DNA of 64,000 nt from contig JAYWIR010000019.1 in the NCBI GenBank assembly GCA_036172245.1, positions 1,116,001 to 1,180,000 of the forward strand, read 5' to 3'. The DNA is from Raillietiella orientalis. Its lineage: Eukaryota. The notes beneath the pieces are model-generated. The model was given only the letters and a program-made list of their open reading frames with translations, did not search any database and had not been told where the DNA came from. Position numbers and translations under genes: made by a program. Shown piece by piece: positions 37,661 through 50,576 of the stretch; the stretch's first letter is position 1; each line of letters begins with the position of its first letter.

Positions 37661-39062
37661 CTGGCTGCAACGAGGCTGCCAGCTCCTCCGCGGCTCGCGC
37701 GAAGGCTACGTCATCGATGGTGGTGTCGATGACGGACGCCGCCGCCGGCTCGCTCCTCTCGCTGTTGACTGTGTCAACAGAGGGGAGGTCGTCGGTAGCG
37801 GCGAGTTCTTTCCGGCAGCGTTCGGCAACATCGAGAACGCGTTCGACAACGACGCTGCACTCTTTAATTATCGCGCTACCCTGCTCTTTCTTCTTCTGTT
37901 CGTAGGCGATTTTCTTTTCCATCCTCCTCTCCTTCTTTGATTTTTTGGCCGTTGCCACTTGCCACCCAGTCTCATGGCCGGCTCCCTCAACTTTTCCGGC
38001 GTTGGTCGCCGGGGTCTCGGGTGCGGCCTGGGTCTTGGGCGCGGGTGGCACAGCCTTCGCGGCAGCTTTCGCCGCCAGCCTTTTCTGCAGAAGCCGGGCG
38101 CGTTTTTTAAGGTTTCTCTTGGAAACCACCCGCACTGCTGCTTTTGGGCACACCTCCCTCGTGGGGCCCATTGTGCCGCATGCTTGGCACTGCACGTTGG
38201 GACACCTCTTTTTGAGGTGGCCCGACGTATTGCAGAAGCCACAGTATTTCGGCTTCCCCACATACCAGAGGTCGACGGTTTCGCCTTCGACCACCAGTTT
38301 GTGGGGAAGAGTGCAGCCCTCCCGAACGGTCACGCGCGCAGCAGTGAGGCCGTGTTGCAGCCCCGTGTAGTCCTCGAAAGGACTTACTTTCGTCCACTGC
38401 GCGTGGACCGTTCCGAACTGTTCCAAAGCGGCGCGAACCTGTTCTTTGCGCATTCGCGCGGTGACGCCTAACAGGTGGACCACCATGCTGCGGTCCGCCG
38501 TAGTGGGGAGGAGCCTGCGCGTCTTCATCACAACGGGGGTTTTAAGCAGTCGTTGGGCCAGCTCTGCATGTTTGCAGATGACCTCAACGTACTGACCCCC
38601 GCTGCGGATGGTCATAGCTCTGAGCTCCTCCTCTTTCACATCGAGAGCGCGCATGCCCTTCGAGAAGGCGCGCGCGCTCTCTAAAGAATATAAATTTCCT
38701 ACCTTGTAGAACGATGAGGGGTTGTACCCCTCCTCTACATAGGCCGACAATTCCGCCGCGGCTGCAGGCGATGGCGCCGACACAACGGCGCTCCACGCCC
38801 GCGCTGCAGCGGGGACCGATTCTGTGGGGGCGGATGCCCCCACCTCCATCGCCTCTGGGGGCGACGTTGCCGCCGCCCCCTGGCTCTCCATCGGCTCTGG
38901 GGGCGGCGTTGCCGCTGCCCCCTGGCCATCCCTGGTGGTCGCGTCAGGCATCGCTGCCTGATCGACCACCGAACCACACGACGCTTGCACTGGGGGAGAC
39001 TTCCTGGCACGAGGAGCACCGAGAAAACACGTCCACCCTAGAGCGCACAAGGCGTTCGACTG
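37661..39062 (-). mobile_element. LINE X, 5' part: 5'UTR and ORF1 N-part (ATG 38951)
   Basis: MPDATTRDGQ...CGFCNTSGHLKKRC...ARAAEELAASLQP. Inr-like CAGTC (A at 39061) with GGACGT at +28. Confidence 0.85.
39029..39062 (-). promoter_or_regulatory. Putative internal Pol II promoter (Inr + DPE) of LINE X
   Basis: CA(+1)GTC at 39062-39058 and GGACGT at +28..+33 give canonical DPE spacing. The same GACGTGTT motif marks the 5' ends at ~37635, ~44265, ~45112 and ~57333. Confidence 0.6.
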
Positions 39063-41191
39063 TGTAGACCAGGAACTCCTCTTGGAGCTCCTGGGTCGCA
39101 TGGGCTTTCCACCCTCCCTGATTTCCTACCTGCGCTCTTGCTGGCGGAATGCGATAATTACCGTCTCTTTCAGCGGTCACAAGGTGCATGGCGTGCCGGT
39201 GCGGCGGCGCATAAGGCAGGGAGATATCCTCAGTCCCCTGCTCTTCAGCACCTACTTTGAGTTGGTGCTGAGAGCCTACAGGGTGACTTTGGCTTCATTG
39301 CCGAGCTCGTGCCCCGGCACGCCCGCCGTTGCAGCGTACGCCGACGAGCTTCTGCTCTTGTTGCCAATGTCCACCCCGGCAAAGGCGGTCGGAGACTTCT
39401 TCGATCTGCTCAGCCGCGGGACCGGACTGCAGGTTAACAGGGCGAAGTCGTCGGTTGTGCCAATAGGTGCGGCGTGGGCAGGGCAGCAGGACTGGGTCCG
39501 TCTGGGGATCCCCACGGGCAGGTGCTTCAAGTACCTTGGCGTTCCGTTGGGGGACTTCTGCGTTGCAGAAGCCTGGTCCGACCGTCTCCAAAAGGTGGAG
39601 TTGGCAATCGGCCCGTTCCGGAACGGCAAGTTTAACTTGCAGGAGCGGGCCGCCGTGTGGAACGCGTTCGCGGCCCCCCTCCTTCGCCCCTTACTTTTTG
39701 TTTGCCCCGCCCCTCCCATGATACAGAGACGGACCAAAGCCCTCTTGAGGACTGCCCTTTGGGGCACAGCGAGGTAGCGAGTCCGATTGAAAGACTTGTG
39801 CGCTCCACGCAGGGATGGTGGCTTGGGCCTCCTTACGTTGGAGCGCATCCAACTACAGACAACACTTTGAAAGTTAGCCCTTGCGGCTAGCTTATGGATG
39901 ACGCCATGGTGCGATCCCGCACGGCTCCTTGCCAGAAGAGCGACCGGTTGCGAAGGATTGTCCTCGATTCTTGTGGCCTACCAGCGCAGCCTCTCCAACT
40001 GTGGCCCCGATTTGCGCCAGTTGGTCGCCCTGATGAGGGAGAATACCTGGATCTCCTGCCTCCCCGCGAACTGCACTGCCTGGCTTCAGGAGTCAGCTTC
40101 CGCGTGGGCTAAGATCAACGGCACGAGCGAGGCGGAATACAACTGCCTACGACGAGGACCGTACGCTCGACAGCCGCTGCAGGATATTATCAACACGCCC
40201 CGGAAGTTTCTGTGGGTTTCTTTCAGCCCCCTTGCCCCCGTTCTGTCCTCCCTAAAAAACACTAGGAGCAGCAACGAGCGGGCATCGTGGGAAGTGTCCT
40301 GCCTCATCCGAGGCAGGAAAAAGCCTTTAAAGGCGTGGACGACTCGGGAGCTCACGGACGCTGCCACCCCGAGCGTCCTGCCTCACGGACTTGCGCGCTG
40401 GGGAGAGCTGCTCGCAATACCTCCGGAGGAGGTGAAGTGGCCCCCAGCGTGTTGGGATTGCGGCACACTCCCGTTGAAGTGGCAGGAGACGGCGTTGCTA
40501 TTTCTGCACTGGGGACTGTTAAGCAGAGCACGCCTGTCTCACTGGACACTGGGGAATGTGGATGCCCGCTGTGTCGAGTGCGGAGAAAGAGAAACCTTCC
40601 CGCATCTCACCCTCGAGTGTGTCGCCCTGGATGGACTCTGGAGTCGAATCGCCCCAATCCTCCATCTTCCAGTAGGCGACCCTAAGGAAATTTACCGTCG
40701 CCTATTTCTGCGTGACGGCCTGCGCCCCGCTGCGTCTCTAGCAGTCCTCTGCTGCGTGCGCGGCATTGTGCAAAGGTGGCACGCCAGAAGAAGAGGCCCA
40801 AGATGCAAAGACGCCATCCACTGGACGACGATCTCTTTAGAGACGGCGACAAGGTGGCGTCTACCTTTCACAATAAAAACCGAACTTGACTGCATCCTTA
40901 ACAGGATGCGGAGGACCGACCCAGGCGCCCAGTGATCCCTTCCCTGCCCCCCCTCCCCATATAACTGTTTCCCTCCCCGTTATCTCTCTTTTTGTTTGTT
41001 TTTGTTCTAGTTTTCTCTTCCCATGCGCCTCGGGAATGGACCTAACCGGTCTATGCACTGGCAACCGATACGTCGAGCAAGGTGGGAGAACCCAGTGTTT
41101 TCCCCACAGAAAACATCTTTTTAAAGACTTTATTATCTAATTTTTGTAGAAAATTAGAATAATAAATGCCCCGGCATATCCGGGTGGCAAA
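39045..41191 (+). mobile_element. 5'-truncated LINE W: RT C-half from HKAFD, zinc finger, 3'UTR and hairpin end
   Basis: HKAFDCVD, IRQGDILSPLLF, YADE and CVECGERETFPHLTLEC; internal stops near 39775-39890; ends AATAAATGCCCCGGCATATCCGGGTGGCAAA. Confidence 0.88.
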
Positions 41192-44100
41192 CTTCGGCTG
41201 CAGCCGAGCATTCCTGGCCAGCGTCATCGAGCAGACAAGCCGCTCCAGACTGCCAAACCTGGCGCTCGGCCCTGGCCTTATACTCCGCCAGACGCCGGAC
41301 GTCCGGGCATCGTGAAAAGGTACGCGCCTGCAGATAGGATCTGCTGTTCGCGACACCCTCCCCGAAGCCGCGGGGAAGCAGGTGCAAGGGGAACCGGCAG
41401 CAGAACTCGCGGACCGATCTTTTCAGATCGTCCCAGTCCTCGAGTTCACAGATGGCGAAGCCCCGGAGGTGTTGGCGGAGATGCTCCGCCGCCTCCGAAT
41501 TGCTAAGCCAGTCGGCCGGCAACCTCCAGACATTCATCGGAGGCCCTTTGCCAGGCGGGAGGAGCTCGAACTCCAGTCTAGGATGATCCGAAATCGCGGA
41601 CAGCAGGCGCCCTCTCCGACCTACTCGTGAGAGCAGGTGTTCATCGAGGAACGCATGGTCCGGCGATCTCTCCATCCCGGGCTCACCAGCAAGCAAGTTT
41701 TGCACGCGCACGGACGCGCATACCTCGCTCACCAGTTGCTTCTCCCTCAAGCGGCATCTCTCCTCTGTTAGCAGGTGGACGTTGAAGTCTCCTGCAAGGA
41801 GGTGCGCAACGTTAGGGCCGGAGTCAGCGAGCCAGCGGCTGCGCAGGCCACCCAGGAATGCAAGTCGCTGGGCGTAATGCCGGCCTCCGCTCGGCGCGTA
41901 GATGTTCGTAACGACCAGGTCGATCGATTCGGACCACTTGAGGACAAGTTGGCCCACACGATCTTCCTCGTCGAAACAAACGTTCCGCACCGCCTCCGCC
42001 ACCCTGCCTCGGACGAGGAACGCGACTCCGCACGTGTGCGCGGAGCCTTGCCGCCAGTGTAGCGTCCCGCCCGCGCGCTCTTCCAGATCCGATGCCTGCC
42101 GTAAGGAGATGCTATGTATCTCCTGCAGCAGCACCAGATCGAACGCGCGCAAAGCGTTGGCTGCCGTCCGCCTTTTGTCAGCATCACGTAGCCCGTTGAC
42201 ATTCCAACAGGCCACGCTGACGCGACGAGCGGACGCGAGTCCACGCATCACTGCTGCGGACATGACGGCGTGCTCCTTGCCCCGTCCGGCGAGAAGTCAG
42301 CTGGTAGGAGAGCGGATTGGGAAGCGGAATCGCTCCCGTTCGCCGCCACATCGCGCCCAGCTGAGTCCTGGGAGCCGAGGATCATCGCCTCGGTCTCCGT
42401 GCAGGAGCCGGAACCGCCTCCGGCAACAGGCTCGTGCTTTCGCACTTTAGCCCGGCGCGCTACCGGCTTACCCCGGGATGCGCGCTCCATTTGTTTGCAC
42501 TCGGACTCCACCTCGGAGTCCGAGTGCCTGGCGCGAGACTGGCGTTTTGCCAGTCTCTTTTTGTTTCGGCAGGTGGAGGCGTGCCCTGCCCGCGCGGGGG
42601 TCGTCGCAGTCGCCAACGCAGCTTCCGGAGCTTTGGCTTCCGCAGCCGCCCTCTCGCGCGAAGCGACGGAGACAGAGCACGCAGCCGTAGTGCGTACCTG
42701 GGTACGCACCTTCTTCGGCGTGCTTCTCTTTTGCCTCCCACCTACCTTAAGGATGGGGAATATTGAAGGGTCAACCTTCTTCTTCCCCTTTGTGGGCGTC
42801 CTGGAGACTCGAGTCCAGCCCGCGTCGGGGACGCCCTCCTGGGAGGCCGACGCCTCACGCAATTGTTTGGCCGGAGATGCCGACTCACGTTTCGCGCTCG
42901 CGGCGGGAGACGGCTCCGTCCCCGTTACGCACTGCACCTGCTCCTTAGCCGATGCGGGCGAAACGGCGGTTATTGCCGTCGTCCCGCGAGGCGCTATTGC
43001 AGCCTTCGCTGCTCGTGCGTTCGGCGTGGAAGACGTGATCTCCACCGCCGTAGGAGGAGACTGCCGTTCAGAGGCAGCTCCGGGGGTACCCGCGCACGGT
43101 TTCCCGTGTGCTCCGCTGGACGCGCAAGCGGACGCGGACGGTTCAGCAGCCTTGATTGAGTGCGTGCCCGCACTCTTAGGCTGCTTCGAAGGGGGCGATT
43201 TGCCCCCAGGGCGACGTGGCATCTTTCCCGTCTGCGCGGTTGTCTGGGATGGTGGCTTCCCTGAAGCAACCGCGTCCTTTTTCGCGGGACCTCCACTCGA
43301 AGATGCCCCGCCCTTCGCGCCCGATTTCTCCCGTGGCACAACGGGGGATCTTTTCGGCGCGGACGGGGTCGATTGTTGGCGGCTTTTCGCCTGCCGCTTT
43401 TTCTTCAGCTCGGCGCACTCTTTGATGGAGTGGCCGAGCTGTTTACAATAGCGGCAGTTGCGTGAAGGGCACGTCCACGGACGGTGGCCCTCTGCACCGC
43501 AAATGCCGCAAGCCGGTCGCTGACCGGCAAATTTCAGGTGGACGATCGCATCGCCCACCTGCAAGTGCGGAGGCATTTGCCTTCTATTCGCCATGGTGAC
43601 ACGCGCCATGGCAAGTCTGCTGTGGAGAGATGCAATCCTTTTGATCGGATTTTCTGCTCTCCACAGCGCGTGCACCGTGGCGAATGCACTTAGTGCAGCG
43701 ACGAGCACGCGATCGGGCGTGTCCACCTGGACGGCGGATAATCGGACCACGAACGACTGGTCCATGGCTGACGGGACGACCTCCTTTACGCGGATATTTA
43801 GCGGGGTGCGGAGAAGGCGCTGGACTAGGGATGCCTCTTTGCAGTGCACCTCCCAGTGTCCGAGCGCGTTAACCGGCATGACGGCCAGGAGGTCGTCCTG
43901 TCGGACCCCGACGCGCAAAAGCTCGTCCCACAAATTTTCTCCGACCCCGTCGGAGATAGAAGCACTCACCGGATAGCAGAGCGCAGGCTTGTAGCCATGG
44001 GCTGCATATGCCTGCAGCTCTGCTTCGTCGGGCGGTGCTCCGCTGGCTGCCGCCGCCTTGACGACGGCGGCGAAGCTTCTCGCCGGTGGCGAGACACAAG

Positions 44101-44272
44101 AATCAGAGGCGAACCGGACATCTGGAGTAGAGTCTCCACTGCCAGTAGCAGCCTTCACATCCATCTTTTGCTGCAGGGGCTCCGTGGACATCGCAGTGGA
44201 CGCACTCGGGCACACCACACACGAGAAGACGGAAAGGAATCACGCTCGAGGAGCAACACAGAACACGTCAGT
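41192..44272 (-). mobile_element. LINE Z (divergent family), 5' half: ORF1 44191-42248 intact, ORF2 APE 42248-41192 truncated
   Basis: CGICGAEGHRPWTC and CRYCKQLGHSIKEC; TGATG overlap at 42250-42246; WNVNG, QEIH, GDFN and SDH. Confidence 0.88.
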
Positions 44273-45081
44273 GCACCGTTGTCGTCGAGCGTATTCCCGA
44301 CAGCTGCGAAAAAGAACTCGCCGCTACCGACGACAACTTCTCTGTTGACTCTGTCAACAGCGAGGGGAGCGAGCCGGCGGCGGCGTCCGTCATCGACACC
44401 ACCATCGATGACGTAGCCTTCGCGCGAGCCGCGGAGGAACTGGCTGCCTCGTTGCAGCCAGAACCCTCCAAGGATGGCAAGAAGGCCGTAAGGCGTCCGG
44501 CCTCCCCTCAGGAGTCCCCTACTTCCGACCCCGAGGTGGAGGCCGGAAGCGCAGCCTCCGTTTCCACGGCACCCCGCAAGAAGGCTGGACGTAAGTCCAC
44601 AAAGCCGAGGGAGATCGTCTCCCCCGTCGAGGGGGAAGAGATGGCTTCCGCAAGCGAGGGTGCCATGAGCGTGGGAAACTCGCGGGAACCGTCGCCCGAG
44701 AGACTCCCACGTTCGGACACGGTGGGGATGGAGGGGGTGGAGGCCGAACAGGTGCCTTAGGTGCCTGAGAAGGCCGAAACCCCCATGGACATCCCTCCCG
44801 CCTCGCAAGAGGCGACCTCCCTCACACCTCCTGCAATGGATGCAACGGCCCCACCAGCTACAGTGATCCCATCCCGTGCCCTCCTAGTTTTTCTTTTCCT
44901 TTTGTTTTGTTTTTTGTTTTTCTTCCTTCTCCTTGCTGCCGTGGTGGACCGTACCGGTCTGCGAACCGGTGATCCGGAAGGCTCTGTGTTTCTTCGTGCG
45001 TGGCTGGTACAATGGTCTAGCCACTGCACGTCTTTGTTAAAGTTTATTAATTAATAAACGCCCCGGCGAAATCCGGGTGAA
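44270..45081 (+). mobile_element. X-family deletion derivative: ORF1 C-half fused to the last ~12 ORF2 codons and a complete 3'UTR
   Basis: Close match to 37660-37860 and 31630-31990, then LQWMQRPHQLQ*, an A-type 3'UTR, and the end AATAAACGCCCCGGCGAAATCCGGGTGAA. Confidence 0.8.
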
Positions 45082-47172
45082 AATCAAACGCCTTATGCGC
45101 TGGAAGGCGGACGTGTTTTCTCGGTGCTCCTCATGTTAGGAAGTCTCCCCTAGTGCAAGCGTCGTGTGGTTCGGTGGTCGATCAGGGAGCGATGCCTGAC
45201 GCGACAACCAGGGATGGCCAGAGGGCAGCGGCAACGCCGCCTTCAGTGGCGATGGAGAGCCAGGGGGCGGCGGCAACGTCGCCCCCAGAGGCAATGGAGG
45301 TGGGGGTATCCGTCCCCACAGAATCGGTCCCCGCTGCAGCGCGGGCGTGGAGAGCCGTTGTGTCGGTGCCATCGCCTGCAGCCGCGGCGGAATTGTCTGC
45401 CTACGTAGAAGAGGGGTATAACCCTTCACTTTTCTACAAGGTAGGCAATGTTTATTCTTTAGAGAGCGCGCGCGCCTTTTCGAAGGGCATGCGCGCTCTC
45501 TATGTGAAAGAGGAGGAGCTCAGCGCTATGACCATCCGCAGCGGGGGTCAGTACGTTGAGGTCATCTGCAAACAAGCAGAGCTGGCGCAACGACTGCTGA
45601 AAACCCCCGTTGTGATGGGGACGCGCAGGCTTCTCTTCACTACGGCGGACCGCAGCATGGTGGTCCACCTGTTGGGCGTGACCGCGCGAATGCGCAAAGA
45701 ACAGGTTCGCGCCGCTTTAGAACAGTTTGGAACGGTCCACGCGCAGTGTACGAAAGTTAGTCCTTTCTAGGACTACACGGGGCTGCAACACGGCCTCACG
45801 GCTGAGCGCGTGACCGTTCGGGAGGGCTGCACTCTTCCCCACAAACTGGTTGTCGATGGCGAAACCGTCGACCTATGGTATGTGGGGAAGCCGAAATACT
45901 TCGGCTTCTGCAATACGTCGGGCCACCTCAAAAGGAGGTGCCCCAACGTACAGTGACAACTATGCGGGACAATTGACCACACGAGCGGTTGGTGCTCCAG
46001 CTTCGGTTTCGGTTACTCGCACTAGTGGCGAAGTATTAGAGTAGCAGCTGATGCGAGCCTGCACGTCTTCTCGTCAAACAGGCACCGGCAAGGTGGGACT
46101 GTCTTCTTTCCTTGCGCTCCGTCGTAGCCGCCACGTCGCTCACTGCGGTTTGCAGCTCCGTAGAGTGGCAGATTTGATGAGGATGAACGTGGAATGGCTC
46201 TTCGCCGCGTTAACGGATCTGCATGGCTGCAGGAAACCGTTTACACGTGGACGAGGAACAACGAGAAACGCACCCAACAAGATCAAAGAGAATTGCTTGC
46301 CCCTAACGACCGCCTCGCGCTCCGGGAGATCCTGGAGAACCCCGAAAAACAAGCGTGGGCAAGGAAAACTTCCCTTAGCAGCAATGCTGTTTTCCCGCGT
46401 GGACCATCTGGACTGCAACACTGCGGCGGCATGATAAGTCGTTGCAGAAATCTCCGGCACGGAGAAAAAGTTCGGGAAATGGAAAACGGGATTCTCTGCA
46501 ATAATGCGTCCCGGACTACCACCCCTATTGGACTTTTGCGCTGGGACGAGCTGCTGGAAGTTCCGCCGGAACAACTGAAGTGGCCCCAGGTGCTGATGTA
46601 CACCTGCACTTTCCCCTTCAAATGGCAGGAGACGGAGCTACTGTTGCTGCATTGGGGACTCCCTTGCAACGCCAGCCAGCACCATTGAACCAGGGGAGCG
46701 GTGAACCCTAATTGTGTGAGGTGTGGAGAACAGGAGTCTCTCCCCCACCTCCTTATGGATTGCGTTGCTCTTCGGCCCCTTTGGAACCGCTTCGCCGCGG
46801 CAATCGGAATCCCCTGAGGCAACCCCAGAGATGCAATTAGGTCCCTCTTTGTTTGCGATGCCCTTCGGCCTGCGCCCTCGTTAGCAGCTTTGTGCAGCTT
46901 TCGCGGGATCGTCGCTGCTTGGAGCAAGGCAACTGGAGGACCACGCGATAAGGGTGCCGTCCAATGCACAGCTGCATTTATTAGGACGGCGACAGGATGG
47001 ACCCATCTGGATACAGCAATCAAAGAACAGCTTGCTAGCATCCTAGAGAGGATGTAACGGCCACGCAGCAGACTGTGATCCCTTCTCGTGCCCTCCAGAT
47101 CCTGTTTTTATATATATACTTTTATATTTGTTATATCTTTTTGTTTTGTCCCTGCCCCCTCTGCTGTCGTGG
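45082..47172 (+). mobile_element. Decayed X-family copy: 5'UTR and ORF1 N-part (to ~45980) joined to an A-like ORF2 C-terminus and partial 3'UTR
   Basis: Matches the reverse complement of 38200-39060. From ~46000 it reads GLSSFLAL...AWLQETV...HWGLPCN...CVRCGEQES, with the stop at 47076-47078. Confidence 0.8.
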
Positions 47173-47990
47173 TTAGCTACTAGTCGCCTCTTCTCGTCGT
47201 GTTGGAACCCGTTGACGTTCCAGGACGCCACAGCAACACGACCAGAAGACGCTGTTGCCTCCATCGCGGCTGGGAAAGCGAGGTCGTGGTGCTCGCCTCA
47301 CCCGGCGAGTGGGCAGTAAGCAGCACGACGGGCTGGAGGGCGCGGTCATCACCTCCCTCCACCGTGCTGCGCGTAATCGAGTGCTCCTCCCCGGTTGCAG
47401 AACCTGTTGGTTCCGGGGTCAGCACACGTCGTTCCGCCGCGAGTGTGCCACGCCTGAGGGTTTCTGCCCTGCGGGCGCCCGCTTCGGCGCGCGCAACGCG
47501 CCGTCCAGCGGCATTATCGGACGGAGTCTGATGCTCGCGCGCTCGGCGTGCGTTTGCTTCCGCCCGATCGCACCGGAATCGTCTTGTCGGCTTTCAGAGA
47601 GGCGCACTTGCACGCGTTGACGGCGCTGGCGTTTTCCTGTGCAGAAGGACCCACTGCGCGTGTTTTCCTATCCGCGCGACTGTTGTTTGCTTTAGAAGAC
47701 GTCAGGGATGGAGTTTGCGAAGCTTTCTTTGGAAATTTTTCTTTCCTCCTCTCCACAACCTTCCATTCGCCGTCACGATTTTTGGAGGCTTCCGTGACTT
47801 TTGTCGCGGAAACCTTCGGTGTTTTCGCTGCGGCTTCTAGAAGCGTTGCTTTCGTTACGCCTTTAAAAGGCGGTAACGTAGTCACCTTCTTGGCAGTCGG
47901 CAGATCGCTCCTCTCCTGCTGAGACGAAAACTGTGAGTCAGCCTCGCGCACGGGCAGTATCGCCGCCGCTGATCTAAAGGGAGGCACGAT
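47173..47990 (-). mobile_element. LINE fragment: ORF1 C-terminal region and APE start
   Basis: GEWKVVERRK basic ORF1 tail; MEATASSGRVAVASWNVNG at 47264. Confidence 0.7.
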
Positions 47991-50576
47991 TATTGCTAGT
48001 TAAAAACTTTACCCAATACCCCGCCAAGGCAGTGCGTAAAACCACTGCCGAGGCAATTTTCGCGTGCCCCGAGCGGGCAAGTGTCAAGGAAAAATAGTGT
48101 GACAGTGACACTGCAGCCGAGGATCACTTTCACCACCTGCAGTAGCAGCACCGAGGAGTCCACGGTAGAAGCCCTGCCAACTTCCCCGGATGCAGTTAGA
48201 CTCGAGGATGTAGGCACCGGGAGCGGTGGAGAGGCCTACGTCCCCAATGGAGGTACCTTACGGCATTGGCGAGGCGGCGGCGACGCCAAGGGTCGCGCCC
48301 GCGGCAACGACGGTGGAGGTCATGCCCGCGGCGGCGGCGGCAGCATCGAGGGTAGCGCCCGTGGCGGCGGCGGAATCCCAGGCGGGACCCGGGGGCGTCC
48401 ACGTGGCACACGGCGTGCAGAACGCGTTGCCATCTTGTTAGGCTGCGGTGGAGCAGCCTTTTTCGTACGCGGCGGTGACGACGGGCCAGGCTAGTGCCCA
48501 GCCAAATAGAAAATGTGGAAAGCCCGAGAGCGGGAACGTCATTAGATGTAAAGAACCGATTGTCCGGATTAGCCCGGCATCAAAACCGATTGTTTTCAAA
48601 GCCGTACTGATTCGGTTCAATAACTTTGAAGAAGTGTATTTGGCTTTATTCAAGGCAAATGTGGACTTCGACCGCCTCCAGGCGATCTTCCCGAGTACAT
48701 CGGGGCTCACGATATATACAGATAGTGAACATTTGCGAGAGGCCCTAATTGAGAAGGGCATTAACCTACAGGGGAGGATGGTACGTGGTATCGGCGAAAT
48801 GCCGTACACGACTGTATTTTTGAGAGGTATAGGCATCACCACTGAGCAGGAGACGGTATGGGATTTTCTGTCAAAATATGGTGAAGTTCTGGAAGTAGAA
48901 TTCCAGAACATCTCCGGAAACATATTTTCGGACGAAGTCATTGCCAAGATGAAATTGAACGAGGAGGAACAGATCCCTGGGATTGAGCATATCGACGAAG
49001 ACTCGCAAGAGGTCTCTGTTCGATATAGGCAACAACCGGCGTTCTGTACTGGTTGTGAAAACTTTGGGCACCGAATGGGCGCCTGCCCCAGGTCTCGATG
49101 CTTCCGATGTGGGAAGCAGGGACACCAGGTGCGTGGCTGCGACATGCCCGAGGTCTGCTCATTTTGCAAGCAGTCAGAGCATGCGAAGTGGTGCTGTCCG
49201 GAGTTTTCCAACTACCGGACCATGCGTGGCCAATCCCCCGTGCGGGAGAGGGTATTGGAGGAGGTTGTGAAACCTCACAGATCAGTAAAGCAGAGGAAGG
49301 CGAAAGAGGCTTCTCCGGCTTCTGTGGACAATTTCGTAGAAGTTAAAAAGAATGGGAAGAGGAAGATGCTCGTCAAGGAGCAGGAAACTCCTCTTATCCC
49401 GGTAGTAGTGGCAGAGGAAGCCGAGAGGATGGAAATCGCGGAGGAAGGCGAGGTGGCGAAAACGCCAGAGCACACTTCAATGTCGCAGAAGACCCTGCAG
49501 ACCACCGAAGTGGTGAAACAACTGGGAGTAGCAGTGGCGAAGGCGCAGAGTGCAGCTCAGCAGGAACAACTCCTGCAGAATATCTGCAATGCCCAAGAAA
49601 CCATCAACCAGGTGGTGGAGGCTGCCGAGCGCGAGAAGTTGGAGGATATGCTTCTCGACGTGAAGGCAAACTTCTGCGCCAAGGTTGCGTTGGAGGTTGT
49701 ATCTCGCAAACTCGTTGCACGAGCCGAACACTCCACTGAGGAGGCCGATCTTACCGGCCTCACCGGGACGGAGAGTGATGCTGGCAGCGAGAAGCCCGCT
49801 CCTTCTTCTTCTGGGAAAGCACCACTCTCTTCCAGACAGAAGAAGCTCCGGAAGGTCAAGAAGTAAGCCTTCCCCTTTATGGCCTCGTCTTCATCAACCG
49901 CCAGGATGATCAACATCGCCTCCTGCAATGTTAATGGTTTAATCGACCAGGGAAAAAGAAAAAAGATTGTGCGTACCATCGCACAACAAGACATCGTGTG
50001 CCTGCAGGAGACTCACAGGCTGGGTCTCCAGATCAGCCAACAGATGGAACGGCGCCTCGATGGGCAGATGTTCGTTATCGAGGAACGGCAGAATACGGAA
50101 GGTTTGGCAGTCTTGATCAAGAACCACCTGGTCCCCACCATTCTGGAAGTCTTCTGTTCCTTGCCGGGGTGCATCATCGGCGTGCGACTGGCGTGGTCCA
50201 CTACCGTTCACCTCTTTCTGGTAAGCGTGTACGGGCCACAGAGATTAAAACATCAGTTCGCGGAGGCGCTGCATGCATCTCCGGGAAAAAGTCGTGCCCA
50301 AGGACGTCGTGATCGTGGCAGGCGATCTCAACATCCTCGATGAAATCACCCGTCCCCAGGACGCCAGAGGAAGGATAGCGTATCGGCGGATGTCCGACGA
50401 GTTCGGGCTGCTGTGGCGAACAGCTAGCCACAAGTCGATCGACCACGTCCTTCAGAGTACCGAACTAGGAAACCGCATTCAGGGTTTTCGCGACACGCTT
50501 ACCGCGCTGTCGGATTACCCGTTGGTGCGGTTTTCCTTAAAGATGGAAAATCCTTGGAGAAAGCAAGGCACCAGGG
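47991..50576 (+). mobile_element. LINE V (distant L1/Tx1-like family): ORF1 with three CCHC knuckles (to 49866) and APE (from 49879); continues at 55768-55975
   Basis: CTGCENFGHRMGAC, CFRCGKQGHQVRGC and CSFCKQSEHAKWCC; SCNVNGL, CLQETH, SVYGP, AGDLN, SIDHV and SDYP. In-frame stops upstream of 48448 and a frameshift at ~50280. Confidence 0.82.
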
